A DNA stretch of 64,000 nt, taken from positions 1-64,000 of IMG/VR virus record IMGVR_UViG_3300029305_002190. The stretch is one strand, 5' to 3'. The position numbers and the translations under genes were made by a program. This document shows, in pieces, positions 53,301 through 60,927 of this stretch; position 1 is the stretch's first letter; each line of letters opens with the position of its first letter. Source of the DNA: a virus (taxonomy: Duplodnaviria > Caudoviricetes). The notes under the pieces were generated by a model. The model saw only the letters and a list, made by a program, of their open reading frames with translations. It was not told the DNA's origin and did no database searches.

Positions 53301-54492
53301 TAGTACTGATGAGTATAATGAAAAATTAGCAGAACTAACAGATAGTCAATATGATGCAATTAAGTCTTACGAAGACGCAAAAGACGCTATTGTTGATCTA
53401 AATAAAACTCGTGCAGAAGCTGTCAAAAAATATATGCAAGAAGAAATTGACAAGTATGGAGAACTTATCGAAAAGAAAAAAGAATCTCTGAACGCAGACA
53501 AAGAGGCACGTGATTTTGAAAAGTCTGTGCAAGAATCAAACAAAAACATAAAAGACATTGAAAGACAAATAGCTGCTCTCCAAGGAAATACATCTTCTAG
53601 CGCCATGGCACAAAGAAAGCGTCTTGAGGCTGAATTGCTCAAAGCTCGTGAGGAACTAGATGATCTGTATTACGATCACAGTGTTGAGAAACAACAAGAG
53701 GCACTTGATAAAGAACTTGAGGATTACACTAAAAACAAAGAAGATCAGATGGATGCTCTTGATGAGTATTTGGAAAAAGAAGAACAGGTAATTGCTGATA
53801 GTTTTGATCTAATAGCTGAAAATACAAAAAATATTGCCGACGTTCTAATCGGTATTTCTCAGGAGTATGGCGTATCGATTTCCGATGCTGTTGCGGCACC
53901 TTGGATTAACGGGACAAATGCTATTGGAACATATCAAGAACAACTAAACACTTCTGTAAGTGCTACGACAAAAAATCTTGAGACTCTAAAGAAACAGTTA
54001 GAAGACCTGCAGACTCAGGCGGATAAGACTGCTAATAGCATTGTTAACGCAACCCATTCTACAATTGTTGAAACCAATGATGGTCATCAGACTAGTATTA
54101 AGGGTTATGCCAAGGGTAGCAAGAGTGTTGAGTATGACCAGTGGGCACTTATTGACGAACTTGGTGACGAATTACAAATTACACCAGACGGATCGGGTCG
54201 TTTGGCTTATATCAAGAAAGGTACTGGAATTTTAAACAACACTTTAACTGAGAGATTAATGGATCTAGCTATGGACCCCACTAGTATGATTGAAAATAGC
54301 AGACCTGTTATTGGAACTCCTGGCATTACAACAACCAATAATACAATTGAGATAGATGCCAGCGTCGGTACATTACTCCACGTAGAACATCTTGATGGCA
54401 ACAATCCTTCCGAAGTTGCTAAACTTATTGATAAGGCTTGGGAAAAGAAGATGCAAACACTTAATAACAGTATTAAAAAGTTTACAAGATAA
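41302..54492 (+). CDS. Tape measure protein (4396 aa)
   Basis: TP901-type core (IDSALTELKKV…WARLGY…NEVGNN…G.ALRTIS.RL…AGK.RAN) at ~46750-47650; long helical regions; FAGG…GELGPE and GYAKG…DELG.E motifs; precedes Dit and Tal. Confidence 0.9.
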   Translation: MGKDVKKRFTVSLDIETKDVEKQVKATVGNLKTILADLGKASDKMGYFKELVDYIGQIDTALTALRAKNKNAFDHMFDGLDADLKKAMEGIFDTSSKTMSALDALRGKLNDASKNGAGVKELRQIASEINDLFTSLGRAEPIDIDAQFSGRGKTEDRINILTDALDNFATVWDGVNNKVKSGFGFGGAGGIVEFSEEVQKEIDALEDKIKSIQDLMTELQNVFKMTKAFSDGKDVSLGFEATEESAKNLLEQFKLLSATRQKFLEDGDTSSPAYYENLIQYTKAATQLVALNDELAKSSKGSPKFLANALSGEFVDVYDFIESFDKKFVSGIQTSLSKIVSDAQTGIDKIKADALKNMSPSTAQGAGRPDGGNVPDGKVEKNKELSNSYEELSKKVNEYYDILQKRSKFDEDSDEYRQLSFSLDAISDSIKKIKSLNIDETMELTDVFGDLEYEEYGPEEALKRICKILQVEIPSAAKTAKKSLDELGGSTDGGTGVSSGGSGGTITNVDFTSLENTIKAEIASVANKLDSVFKVEVVKNDTSDIKNAIDGVKSTIEKISAEIDGYNALKKTNAQQAEVNAMKNNLTQLFKFVSEFNAKQIDGNYQHQEISAAILSDGSISTGYGEHGTVPWDRMASALVSNLTKSLMVDIHSHPWAQNGFLDRYANDSFSGSKGDLGAFRFSKELGAQMAAMITGNVMRTLDVSKLTDEQMRQFGKALAQIEKTQANTPEYSKYMEYKNDKLYYHSQPTLDEQHKVTEAFESLMYKAFKEIGLSKNKVDKEIFKKYDLTDDAQLTELAERLVHLSQSSQNALSPVERLSEIISHFSGDVNSKTAKENFEAFTKGELTAAEVFNNLNRDGHTLNQETLDSLYKIDSANEIPAVESLLTQVVSILNTIESSVANINNSTRQSTSGQFDTAINNILDIREGVKNKNILAGIKSIFDPLNISEYKNKEVLQIADGSILDAKDYIQDLFVQSHSDGSVNLDEMQVALDKFYLAMSNIQDAIKQVDLYEERTGKTYVDSDGDIAKLTLNDKYREITDDNLLQQLLYLLSQAKVDISKSKEFYQNGFGDKQTDYDYDNSQVSSVLQSIQSTLDSIYGVLHGFTGIEADNKNALKYKEPVVDTGINRKEFSEQDLSVLNSILQVLHGIDGYLSTNKPDDVTEKVTQDNTDISELVSFIRSKLSQQLATEDTLQSIKGAIEQIAELARSKDESKKDDGEDLTQNLNTLISALTANVSTLKDVANGIVQHQKAQKSDTSKAMARIQDPTEQQIISGIAKNSVIDLGTEVEIESLQALANGLVKVEGAFKNANGQWEGFAVKVNEANAAVDLAIKKQSVFARALNKAKDIDENTYQYNKEEVEARAQKHLEEYAAQGKNATVQFKDSGRYTITILEEIDGLSKQIFQTFDENDDKIERTTVTMSNKQKLKLENLQKKLIDNGLTNGLISDKDNEYKNYQAAADALSNMTNAYSQMDNISDVEIANWKQQIALVQQLGGQVEALINQRKAVNDQKVFESDRTKKLGRFNLDKANLESNIDMTKISDKLKSDIADAGKAIANATDADSLKIAINNWEALQNQIKATAVQQDLYIKKTKEISGGNTKKGQAYGTSQLQNFTARYNSLRTGASEVGLNEQSTVVANLANAYKQLQVAQSAFVAGEDKTSAEYAKKVEVFKAAQLACNNYARELNKVVTASKKLEAESVASDVLDEDFKDTIDGRKVALKDFVQTTYGSKAVVGEFTNQFNELNFVVKNGDGTFTRMTASINEARTAIHATAGATGEVTNKFKSFINELSGKFKSISTYFMASFGIEEVWQQLRQGIQYVREIDSALTELKKVTNETDASYDAFLQSMSKTGSVIGATVQDLTTMAADWARLGYSMEEAGKLAESTAILLNVSEFDDATAASEALISTMQAFKYTADDSQHVVDILNEVGNNYAVSSDGIATALQDSASALMEAGNNLEQSVALVAAANKVVQDPNSVGSALRTISLRLRGTSVEVLEELGEETDGAVESISKMQEKIKALTGVDILTDSGSYKETYTILKEIGTVWEDMSDIDQAALLELMAGKNRANTLAAILGNMEDLEGAYNDALKAEGSALKENEAYLDSIQGRIDLFKNSLQTMWMNFVDSSVVKFIVDIGTALIKTADAMGVLSTAAGGWAGIKTMISSIKTDFESISNGTFNKDIFGFKQMLESGDIAKKTIQEVDKAIQDQTDTKNKNAKATKEQINADIQKISTQQTENAVESAGAVQTGVDTAQKIANEKATWGQVAAERALAVAKGLVKGLLIGAVVSLAATAITGVISAISDASKRMDELTDSAIKSAEETKEAQESISDYKDEIADLGKVLNDNASSETELYDARKRLIEIQNELIDKFGLEAKGLDLVTDAINGQTNALDKLSQKSASDWMKENMEAYKEAKNEMAKTYDSNRELLLFGQSNSSVTGTSGTLANASQDVINDYQDGLKRIIEDEYGGTLSEKISSSVDDLGNTISFDNIYASFEGKTTEELDKVFDAIQTYLLDFENNYDGIDLSDEIIRVQNLRNKYVDEDYKKSRELYDSGRQQEAISNYAKEYGAILDAEEEIYNAKNDEEKLNALKEYRTALEAAKNAKTDDPHMDDYFDKIGKKFDEQEYELKVKLDEDGLKSNLEEIINSGGESGLSVLDDVAIQDMVNRGLNVEGATDSSGKYTQEQISGLIALQSEADKAGISVDSLISILTKLGLVAGKPIEQSAESVKAVAETYSTLRESVDGYNEVLTRTSEIVSDNTEVTQEYKDSLKSLGFSEEELADCFDENNKLIVKNAALLNKLVKQKKQDKTATVQQAKAYGQLQYKTTISQIGQLVNRMATEIKATGYVSAATLDNISVLREQLDVIKQTIQQYALLELSLSDAAQAYSDFEAAKQRDAQLTYGDSMVEMLDVINEGFKTGQVGTEAFQFAVKAIVPPEFYENIDDAQDRMQAIHDYVDKHPLFADYFTIDEGEISITMDNIKAFIKDCQDVGLFTGTDPYDFDLNSGFINDSEKEQISELNNELVKFQDTYNGTVDLVNRKRIDITEENIETVRGWGGSMAEVNVGDYMTVASQTYQDGKAAIVVTPILPNGELMKQDELDAYIDDVIAKTNAGSGNYADYDTKGILMGVFGDADTWEANLAASDEFVNRVHEIHEIINSFGDSVTLKDFADELGMTEAAALAMLTEFEKYDASWGDLIARLTTTGLDREINDATDALEKAITTQEEFIKSGQPLYDENGEITSGYKAVVDAVNKARDGLDNATQAAINNAQTYTQVESILKGMSGEMKYTQEQADALARSLGLIDENGHITINTETGALELTNEQVDILNQKLTGLEEPTMLDIQLAYDDIYGQVEELKSYLADPDNYDGTILADLELTDSSEAEVQAELDRLNSILGVLELHYNLSPSVEQNDGNLEKLGNWETNGINITITGDSSSFDAAVAEVNAVEMEDKPVNITADPTEANANIDSVDNNNIADKKPVIAMQGVSAALTNIYSIDSALDELPNYKSVTVDVIYRQTGSPPSGGVGVDGNFHVSGDAFAGGTIGAPRNETALMGELGPEILVRDGRWTTVGENGAEFTQVKKGDIIFNHKQSEQLLKNGYVTGRGKAYAGGTAYGFGIFDSYVGDDDAFKNGSDKWVNPGENAWSDAADDVSDAADDAEQIVDFIEMKLEEIEAIIEKTTTKIANFLDDTTSIKSKDELYDELIKAEKDKSEAYLKAAQKYNVEAAAALSGVPQQYQKMARNGAIAIKDFIGEDQVEIAEAIQEYRDWAAKADEAENGHLEAIAAISAHRVEQLEDIATDFENIVSISKSHSDLLQAEMDLIEESGNRLSESYYEELKKHSQKQLDDMQNERAALQKILDDSVAAGDVVIGSDDWYSMLETIYEVDQEIVDCKISLEEFQNAINELYWDNFDKLIDEIDNVNSELSNLYDLVSDTDNIVDDTGNWTDDGITALGLLAQQMENAQFKSQQYGEAIEKLKKDYADGLYSTDEYNEKLAELTDSQYDAIKSYEDAKDAIVDLNKTRAEAVKKYMQEEIDKYGELIEKKKESLNADKEARDFEKSVQESNKNIKDIERQIAALQGNTSSSAMAQRKRLEAELLKAREELDDLYYDHSVEKQQEALDKELEDYTKNKEDQMDALDEYLEKEEQVIADSFDLIAENTKNIADVLIGISQEYGVSISDAVAAPWINGTNAIGTYQEQLNTSVSATTKNLETLKKQLEDLQTQADKTANSIVNATHSTIVETNDGHQTSIKGYAKGSKSVEYDQWALIDELGDELQITPDGSGRLAYIKKGTGILNNTLTERLMDLAMDPTSMIENSRPVIGTPGITTTNNTIEIDASVGTLLHVEHLDGNNPSEVAKLIDKAWEKKMQTLNNSIKKFTR

Positions 54493-54549
54493 AATGGAGG
54501 GGTGTAACAACCCCTCCTAACAATACATAATTAATGGAGGTGATTTTAT

Positions 54550-55692
54550 ATGTCAGTTTATTTACCCATTATTTCTTATAAAGGCAAAACAAATTATGAC
54601 TTTCAATTAACGGTAGCGCACTTTGACGCTGACTCAGGAGAATTTGACAGTTATCAAAATATGGAGCCAATTTATACTGAGAATTACGACGGGTCTTTGC
54701 GATATGATTTTGGAGCGAGATATACAGACGTGGCTCGTCCAGTAGTTACTTTTGTAGATCCTGATGGAGATAATATCTCTCCCTATAAAATTAAAGCAGT
54801 TTTACGTTGGCTAACTGGTGCAAAAGATGTATCATTTATGGACATTTGCGACGAAACAGGAGAGAGCATGTGCTCTTATATTGGCCGTTTTACCGATGTA
54901 AAATTATATAAAATTGATGCTCGTGTTGTGGGTATAACGGCTATGTTTACTAGTACTTCTCCTTTTGCGTATTCTCCAATTAAAGAGGCCAGGTTTACTG
55001 TTACTCAAGAAGGAACGGATTTTATAATCGATTGCGATAGCGATGATGAATATAATGTTCTACATCCTACGGTAGAATTTACAAACACTCAAGCAAAAGA
55101 CGAAACAAATCCAGACAAGATTATGTTGTCTCTGTACAACGAAACGATGAATAATGAAACAACTTTTAAAAATTTAAGCACTGGTGAAACTGTCACTATA
55201 AATAGTTCTCTTGCTGTCTACTCAAATAATACTGCACGTATTTTTAATGATGATTACAATTTTGAGTTCCCAGTTTTGAGTTGCGGTAGCAACAATTTTA
55301 CAGCAATTGGCGAAGGAGAATTAGTTATTCGTTTTAGATACCCTATGAAACTAGCAGACGGCCTACTAGACGCTCAACAGCTTAATAATAGCCCTGTCGT
55401 TTATGTTGAAGAAACTACTGTATTTATTAAAGGCGACCTTACTCAAAATCCACCTAACAACACCTCCATTAAAGTAAATGGTACAACACTAACTATTCGT
55501 GGAGATATGAAGTCTGTCAAGGTGCCTGGGTTTAGCGAGGTTGAGAATGGAAATCTATTTATTGATTACGGCAATGTCAATTGTGCATTTGACAGTCTAT
55601 ATGCAATTGTCGAAAATGGCGAACTCTTTATTGGTAAGGATCTTGATAAAGTCGATCCTGACTACAATTTTCCAGGAAGCAAAAATAAATAA
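54550..55692 (+). CDS. Distal tail protein (Dit)
   Basis: Follows the tape measure; LRWLTG, SPFAYS, GETVTINS, FPVL..G.N motifs; extra C-terminal ~110 aa. Confidence 0.7.
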   Translation: MSVYLPIISYKGKTNYDFQLTVAHFDADSGEFDSYQNMEPIYTENYDGSLRYDFGARYTDVARPVVTFVDPDGDNISPYKIKAVLRWLTGAKDVSFMDICDETGESMCSYIGRFTDVKLYKIDARVVGITAMFTSTSPFAYSPIKEARFTVTQEGTDFIIDCDSDDEYNVLHPTVEFTNTQAKDETNPDKIMLSLYNETMNNETTFKNLSTGETVTINSSLAVYSNNTARIFNDDYNFEFPVLSCGSNNFTAIGEGELVIRFRYPMKLADGLLDAQQLNNSPVVYVEETTVFIKGDLTQNPPNNTSIKVNGTTLTIRGDMKSVKVPGFSEVENGNLFIDYGNVNCAFDSLYAIVENGELFIGKDLDKVDPDYNFPGSKNK

Positions 55693-55718
55693 AGAAAAAT
55701 TAATATAGAAAGGAGGTA

Positions 55719-58700
55719 ATGCTTATGAGACTTCCCAAAAATATATTTAATAACACCTATACCAAGCCTAAGATTTTTCTGTGTGAAACTGATAAACAAA
55801 AAATGGGCGTATTAAACACAACAGACACGCATGTATCTCTAAAGTTCAAAGCATACAGCGAATTAACTTTCAATATAGATCGTACTTATATTGACACACT
55901 AACTGGCGATAAACAAACTCACCTGTTATATGATCGAATTGAACATCCTCGTCTGATTTTGCTTGATAATATTGGCTACTTCCAGATTCAAGCACCAGAC
56001 ATGTCTACGGATAGCTTTAAGGAAAGCAAAGCCATTGTTGCCTATTCATCGGAATATGCTTTGTCCCAAAAGTATATTGTTGATCTACATGTAAATACAG
56101 GTAAAGTTGACTCTGTTGAAGTTATTTATTCAGAAGAAACTGGCAGTGCGCTAGAACCAGTCGTTTTCTATAACCAAGCAAACCCAAGATTGAGTCTACT
56201 AGATCTAGCACTTGAAGGTGTGTACGGATGGAAAATCGGCCACATTGATGACTCTCTAAAAACATTATCCCGTTCTTTTGATATTGATAGGCAATCTGTG
56301 TATGATTTCTTGATGAATGACGTATGTAAAAAATTCAATTGTTATATTATTTTTGATACATTAAAAAATGAAATCAACATATACGCAGAGGCGAAAATCG
56401 CCAAATTTATTGGTGACGGCAGAACAAAAAAGTTTACAATATCTCCTTCATTTTATAAGATAAATACCGTATCTATTGATGGCTACAAAACAACTCAATG
56501 GGAATATGATAAAAAAACTGGTGCGCTGACATTTACAAAAGCACCTGAGAATTTATCCAATATTGAAGTTGTCGATGGTGGCCTAACGGAGTGGGAAACA
56601 GACGTGTTTGTCACTTTTGAAAATTTAGCAAAAGAAATGCAAGTGTCATATAATGCTGATGATATTAAGACCCAATTAACCGTTACTTATGGTGATGATC
56701 TAGATATTAGAGAAATCAATATGGGTTCTCCATACATAACCGACTTGTCTTATTACTATACGGTTGATTGGATGGGTCAGGATCTATATGATGCTTACAC
56801 AGCATACCTAAAGAAATCTCAAACATCTCAAACAAATTACACTAAGAACTCACAAGAGATGCTTGAAATTTCTGATCATCAGTATTTTGAAGAGCACAGA
56901 CTTTCTATGGCATATTCTACGATTACTGTTGATAGTAATACTATTGGTACTTATTATGTAAAAGATTCTTCTAACGGCGGATATTTCTTCAAAGAAGTTA
57001 CTTTGCCAGATGACTATAAGGCTTATACCACATACTATCAATTTGATGGCGTAAAGCTAACATCTGAAAAGGTAAATGATTTGTACATGGCCATTCGTGA
57101 TAATTTTAAAACTGGCTCTGTAGAAAAAATCAATGAACTTGCTGATGCATTTGAGTTTATGAATGACAGTGATAGTTATGGCATAGATTATTTGGCTAGG
57201 TATTTAAACAACTCTAATGCGCCAGAAAAAAAGAAATCTTATGTTATGAACTTCTTAAAAGAAATGTGGGAACAAGTTGGTAGAACTCCTCTAAAGTTTT
57301 TATATCAAGAAACATTTAAGATTCTACAGAGTACAAATATTGATTGGGCACAAGAACATATTGATCCTGATGGCAATAAAACATATCATGAAAATTATCC
57401 TTGGTATTATGCAATTTTATTGTTCTTGGAGTCTATAGATAGTGCCATCGCTCTAAGAGATCAGCAGACTGATAAACTGCAACAGGCATATGACAAGCTA
57501 CAAGCAGAAAACATTGAAATTAGCAACGGCCTTTTAATGGAGAATAATTTCACAGAAGCACAGCTGATTAGATTAAGTGCATTCATAAAAGAAGATGAGC
57601 TTCATGTTGAAGACATAATCGAAACTGAATATGATACCCTAGAAGATTCTTTTAAGGTCAAACAATACGCAATGGAAGCTGGCAGAATTGAATTGCACAA
57701 AAGAAGTCAACCACAATTGCAATTTTCTATGACAATGGCAAACATTTATGCCATTCCAGAATTTGAGCCAATCATTCATCAATTCCAACTTGGCAAAGTA
57801 ATTAAAGTCGGACTTCGTTTAGAGACTAAAATTGTAGAGTTTGTTGGAGATGGTGCAAGAAAACAATTTGTAATTGCTCCACCATTCTACAATGTTAAGA
57901 CTGTATCTATTGATGGCGTTGAAACAACTAACTGGCAGTATGATAACATAACTGGTCTTTTAATGCTAAAATCATATAGCGCACCAAAAAGAGGCACTCG
58001 TATCAAAGTTATTGGTGAAAATAACTATATTAAACAGTCTAGATTGCTACAAGTTGATATGGGATTAGATGATCTTTCAGATTTTCAAGCACAGTTTGGT
58101 GAACTAACAGATCTTCGTAATCAATCTGATATTCATGCAGACTTACTATCACAAGCTATTCAAGCTGGTAAATCAGTAGCTAGTTCACAAGACAATTGGA
58201 ACACTGGTGTGGATATGGCTATTAGCACAGATATTAAAATTCAACAGGGTCTGCTGGATTCTGCGACTGTGCTAAAATCAATGGATGGTACTCAGGGAAC
58301 AGAAATCGATAAATATGGTATACATCTTAGAAAAGTTAATCCAGATACAGGTGAAATAGATCCAAAACAAGGCTGGATTACAAATAATATGATGGCGTAC
58401 ACTGATAACAATTGGTTATCATCTAAGAGCGTATTTGGTGAATATCAAATCAAAGGAGAGTCGTCTCCAAGATGGGGTTTGCTTGCAGACGCTTGTATTG
58501 CTTCTTATATTGAAGGTTCAACGTTGATTGGTGGTAGACTTAGTATTGGTGAGCGATCAGATGGATCATATAACTTCTCTGTTGATTACGATGGTAACAT
58601 GATAGCTCAGAGTGCAGATGTTGTTGGTAAGATTACTGCAGATAGTGGCTCTATTCGTGGTGACCTTGAAATATCTGGTGCATTAAAACATACGAATGGC

Positions 58701-59927
58701 AATTATACCGTGCAACTTAGAGGAGTGCAAGAAGATCCAGCAGATAGTGTGTTTCATATTGCAGAAAAAAGCGGATATACAACTAAATATCCATTCCAAG
58801 TAAATGGCGATGGTAGTTTCGTTGCAACTAAAGCAACAATCACTGGTAAAATCACTACTGCAGATATTACGGCCACTGGCGGTGCTATTGGTGGTTTTAC
58901 TATCACAGATAAATATATTGCAAAAACAAAGAAAGCTTATAACGATACATCTTCTGGTGTCTATCTTGGTACTGATGGTATCGGACTAGGTGCAAATAAA
59001 TTCTACGTAACTTCCGCAGGTAAGCTAACTGCAGAAGATGCCATTATCAAAGGCAAGATCACAACATCGGACATCACTGCTACTGGTGGCACTATTGGTG
59101 GATTTACTATTTCATCGTCATATCTTACTAAAGATAAAAAATCTTATAGTGATGCCAATGATGGTGTGTATATTGGCACTACTGGTATTGGACTTGGAAA
59201 AGGTAAATTCTACGTAACTTCTGCAGGTAAATTAACGGCAACGGACGCTGTTATTACAGGTAAAATTACATCTACAGAAGGTACGATTGGTGGATGGACT
59301 ATTGGAAATAATATCATCAGCGGCAAGAGCGGTTCATATGAAGCTCGTATGTCTAAGGCTGCTATTGGTAGCTCTGGTAGTGTCGTATTTGGTGTTTATA
59401 ATGGAAGCAAGTGGTCTGCTTATATTGATGGTGTTGGTAAGTTATATGCAAGTGGTGCAAATATTGAAGGAACCATCAAGTCTAGTGACGCAGATATTGC
59501 AGGTAAAATAGTTGCAAATAGTGGTGTAATTGGTGGATGTCAGATCACTAATGGCACATTACAAATTAAAAGTGCAAATATACAGAACTTAGAGGTTGGA
59601 TCTATCAATGGAGAGAAAATCGAAAAGGGAACTGTTAACGGTAATAGGCTCGAAGGTAATACAGTTACAACTGCTTATACCAGTAGTGGAATTAATAAAA
59701 GTTTGGGATATGCAAACTTTTCTGATGACGTTTTTAATAATAGAGATAAAGCCAGTTATATTTTAACAAGTGTTATAGATGCAGACACAACATATACAGA
59801 TAGATTGAATGCAAATAGTATTAACGTATCAACAATTACATGGGGTTCTCAGTCTTTGGCGAAACAATCAGCAAGTGTAATGTTGGCAGATGGATCTACA
59901 CAAACTATCTATTATGTAGAGTGGTAA
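55719..59927 (+). CDS. Tail tip / baseplate hub (Tal-like) with fibre extension
   Basis: SELTF.I…GYF.I…GWKIGHID…FD.L.N.INIY hub region, coiled coil, C-terminal G.I.A..G.IGG(F/W).I repeats. Confidence 0.75.
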   Translation: MLMRLPKNIFNNTYTKPKIFLCETDKQKMGVLNTTDTHVSLKFKAYSELTFNIDRTYIDTLTGDKQTHLLYDRIEHPRLILLDNIGYFQIQAPDMSTDSFKESKAIVAYSSEYALSQKYIVDLHVNTGKVDSVEVIYSEETGSALEPVVFYNQANPRLSLLDLALEGVYGWKIGHIDDSLKTLSRSFDIDRQSVYDFLMNDVCKKFNCYIIFDTLKNEINIYAEAKIAKFIGDGRTKKFTISPSFYKINTVSIDGYKTTQWEYDKKTGALTFTKAPENLSNIEVVDGGLTEWETDVFVTFENLAKEMQVSYNADDIKTQLTVTYGDDLDIREINMGSPYITDLSYYYTVDWMGQDLYDAYTAYLKKSQTSQTNYTKNSQEMLEISDHQYFEEHRLSMAYSTITVDSNTIGTYYVKDSSNGGYFFKEVTLPDDYKAYTTYYQFDGVKLTSEKVNDLYMAIRDNFKTGSVEKINELADAFEFMNDSDSYGIDYLARYLNNSNAPEKKKSYVMNFLKEMWEQVGRTPLKFLYQETFKILQSTNIDWAQEHIDPDGNKTYHENYPWYYAILLFLESIDSAIALRDQQTDKLQQAYDKLQAENIEISNGLLMENNFTEAQLIRLSAFIKEDELHVEDIIETEYDTLEDSFKVKQYAMEAGRIELHKRSQPQLQFSMTMANIYAIPEFEPIIHQFQLGKVIKVGLRLETKIVEFVGDGARKQFVIAPPFYNVKTVSIDGVETTNWQYDNITGLLMLKSYSAPKRGTRIKVIGENNYIKQSRLLQVDMGLDDLSDFQAQFGELTDLRNQSDIHADLLSQAIQAGKSVASSQDNWNTGVDMAISTDIKIQQGLLDSATVLKSMDGTQGTEIDKYGIHLRKVNPDTGEIDPKQGWITNNMMAYTDNNWLSSKSVFGEYQIKGESSPRWGLLADACIASYIEGSTLIGGRLSIGERSDGSYNFSVDYDGNMIAQSADVVGKITADSGSIRGDLEISGALKHTNGNYTVQLRGVQEDPADSVFHIAEKSGYTTKYPFQVNGDGSFVATKATITGKITTADITATGGAIGGFTITDKYIAKTKKAYNDTSSGVYLGTDGIGLGANKFYVTSAGKLTAEDAIIKGKITTSDITATGGTIGGFTISSSYLTKDKKSYSDANDGVYIGTTGIGLGKGKFYVTSAGKLTATDAVITGKITSTEGTIGGWTIGNNIISGKSGSYEARMSKAAIGSSGSVVFGVYNGSKWSAYIDGVGKLYASGANIEGTIKSSDADIAGKIVANSGVIGGCQITNGTLQIKSANIQNLEVGSINGEKIEKGTVNGNRLEGNTVTTAYTSSGINKSLGYANFSDDVFNNRDKASYILTSVIDADTTYTDRLNANSINVSTITWGSQSLAKQSASVMLADGSTQTIYYVEW
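58832..59280 (+). repeat. ~207-bp (69-aa) tandem duplication in Tal C-terminus
   Basis: ttctacgtaacttc(c/t)gcaggtaa at 59001 and 59208; KFYVTSAGKLTA occurs twice. Confidence 0.8.
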
Positions 59928-59940
59928 GGAGGAAAAATAA

Positions 59941-60186
59941 ATGGATATAATTAAAACTTCAAACGGAAAAATATATGAATGTGACTTTTTGTCAGTGATA
60001 GACAATCCTTGCAGGATGTATATTCGAGTTGTAAATTCTACATTGCCAGAAATTGCAACTACGTTTGGTGACAAAGAAGAAACAAAGGAACTTTTGTATG
60101 GAGATATTTTATTAATCGGATATACTAAGTTGATTTCAATAGTAATAGAAGATACGGCAATTAGAGTCGTGCTTACTAGGGAATAA
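59941..60186 (+). CDS. Small tail-tip-associated hypothetical protein
   Basis: 81 aa, AAGGAGG RBS immediately after Tal. Confidence 0.65.
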   Translation: MDIIKTSNGKIYECDFLSVIDNPCRMYIRVVNSTLPEIATTFGDKEETKELLYGDILLIGYTKLISIVIEDTAIRVVLTRE

Positions 60187-60192
60187 TTTTAT

Positions 60193-60645
60193 ATGAACAA
60201 TCTAAAATATAAGGATTACGATCATATACTAAAAATGGAGCCAAATGAACTTTTGCAATTGAAACGCAAAAATGGTCTGGCTCTTTCTTTAATTGGTGAC
60301 ATTGTATATAGAATTTTATTCTCAATGAATTATAAACCAAAAGAGTTTTATGACATATGCCCATATTTTGAGATAGGACAAAATTGGGGTGGACTATCAT
60401 TAGGTTGGTTTTTTATATGCTGCAAAGATTCATCTGAGAGTCTAAAATGTCACGAAGTTGGTCATACATTACAAAACGCAAATATTGGTGGTTGGCATAT
60501 GTTGGCCCTTAGTCTTGGGTCTGTCGTACGTTATTGGTATCGTGAAATATTTGGCGCAAAAACACCTTATGATTCTTGGTGGTTTGAAGGACAAGCCACA
60601 GAGCTTGGAACAAAATATGCAAAAAATAGAAAAAGCAAAATGTAA
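60193..60645 (+). CDS. HEXXH-motif protein (putative Zn metallopeptidase)
   Basis: GGLSLGWF…CHEVGH..Q…WFEGQA. Confidence 0.6.
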   Translation: MNNLKYKDYDHILKMEPNELLQLKRKNGLALSLIGDIVYRILFSMNYKPKEFYDICPYFEIGQNWGGLSLGWFFICCKDSSESLKCHEVGHTLQNANIGGWHMLALSLGSVVRYWYREIFGAKTPYDSWWFEGQATELGTKYAKNRKSKM

Positions 60646-60661
60646 GAAAGGATACGATAAA

Positions 60662-60874
60662 ATGGATAAAAATATTATTATAAAGCCTGTTACTCTAATT
60701 AGACAGGAATTTGTAGATACGCTCGTGGAAGAAATTAATAATTGTCAGTTGCCAATGTTTGTGATTGAGCCAATTCTTCAAGATTTGTTGGATCAAGTGA
60801 GAACTGCCGCTCAAAAACAATATGAAGCAGATAAGGCTCAATACGAAGCGCAACTGAAAGAAGTCGAGGAATAA
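60662..60874 (+). CDS. Small hypothetical protein
   Basis: GAAAGGA RBS before ATG 60662; the listed 60458 start is over-extended. INNCQLP.FVIE.IL motif. Confidence 0.65.
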   Translation: MDKNIIIKPVTLIRQEFVDTLVEEINNCQLPMFVIEPILQDLLDQVRTAAQKQYEADKAQYEAQLKEVEE

Positions 60875-60927
60875 TACAGATTCCAATAACAGAGTAATAA
60901 AATACTTTTTATTGGAGGAGATTTATT

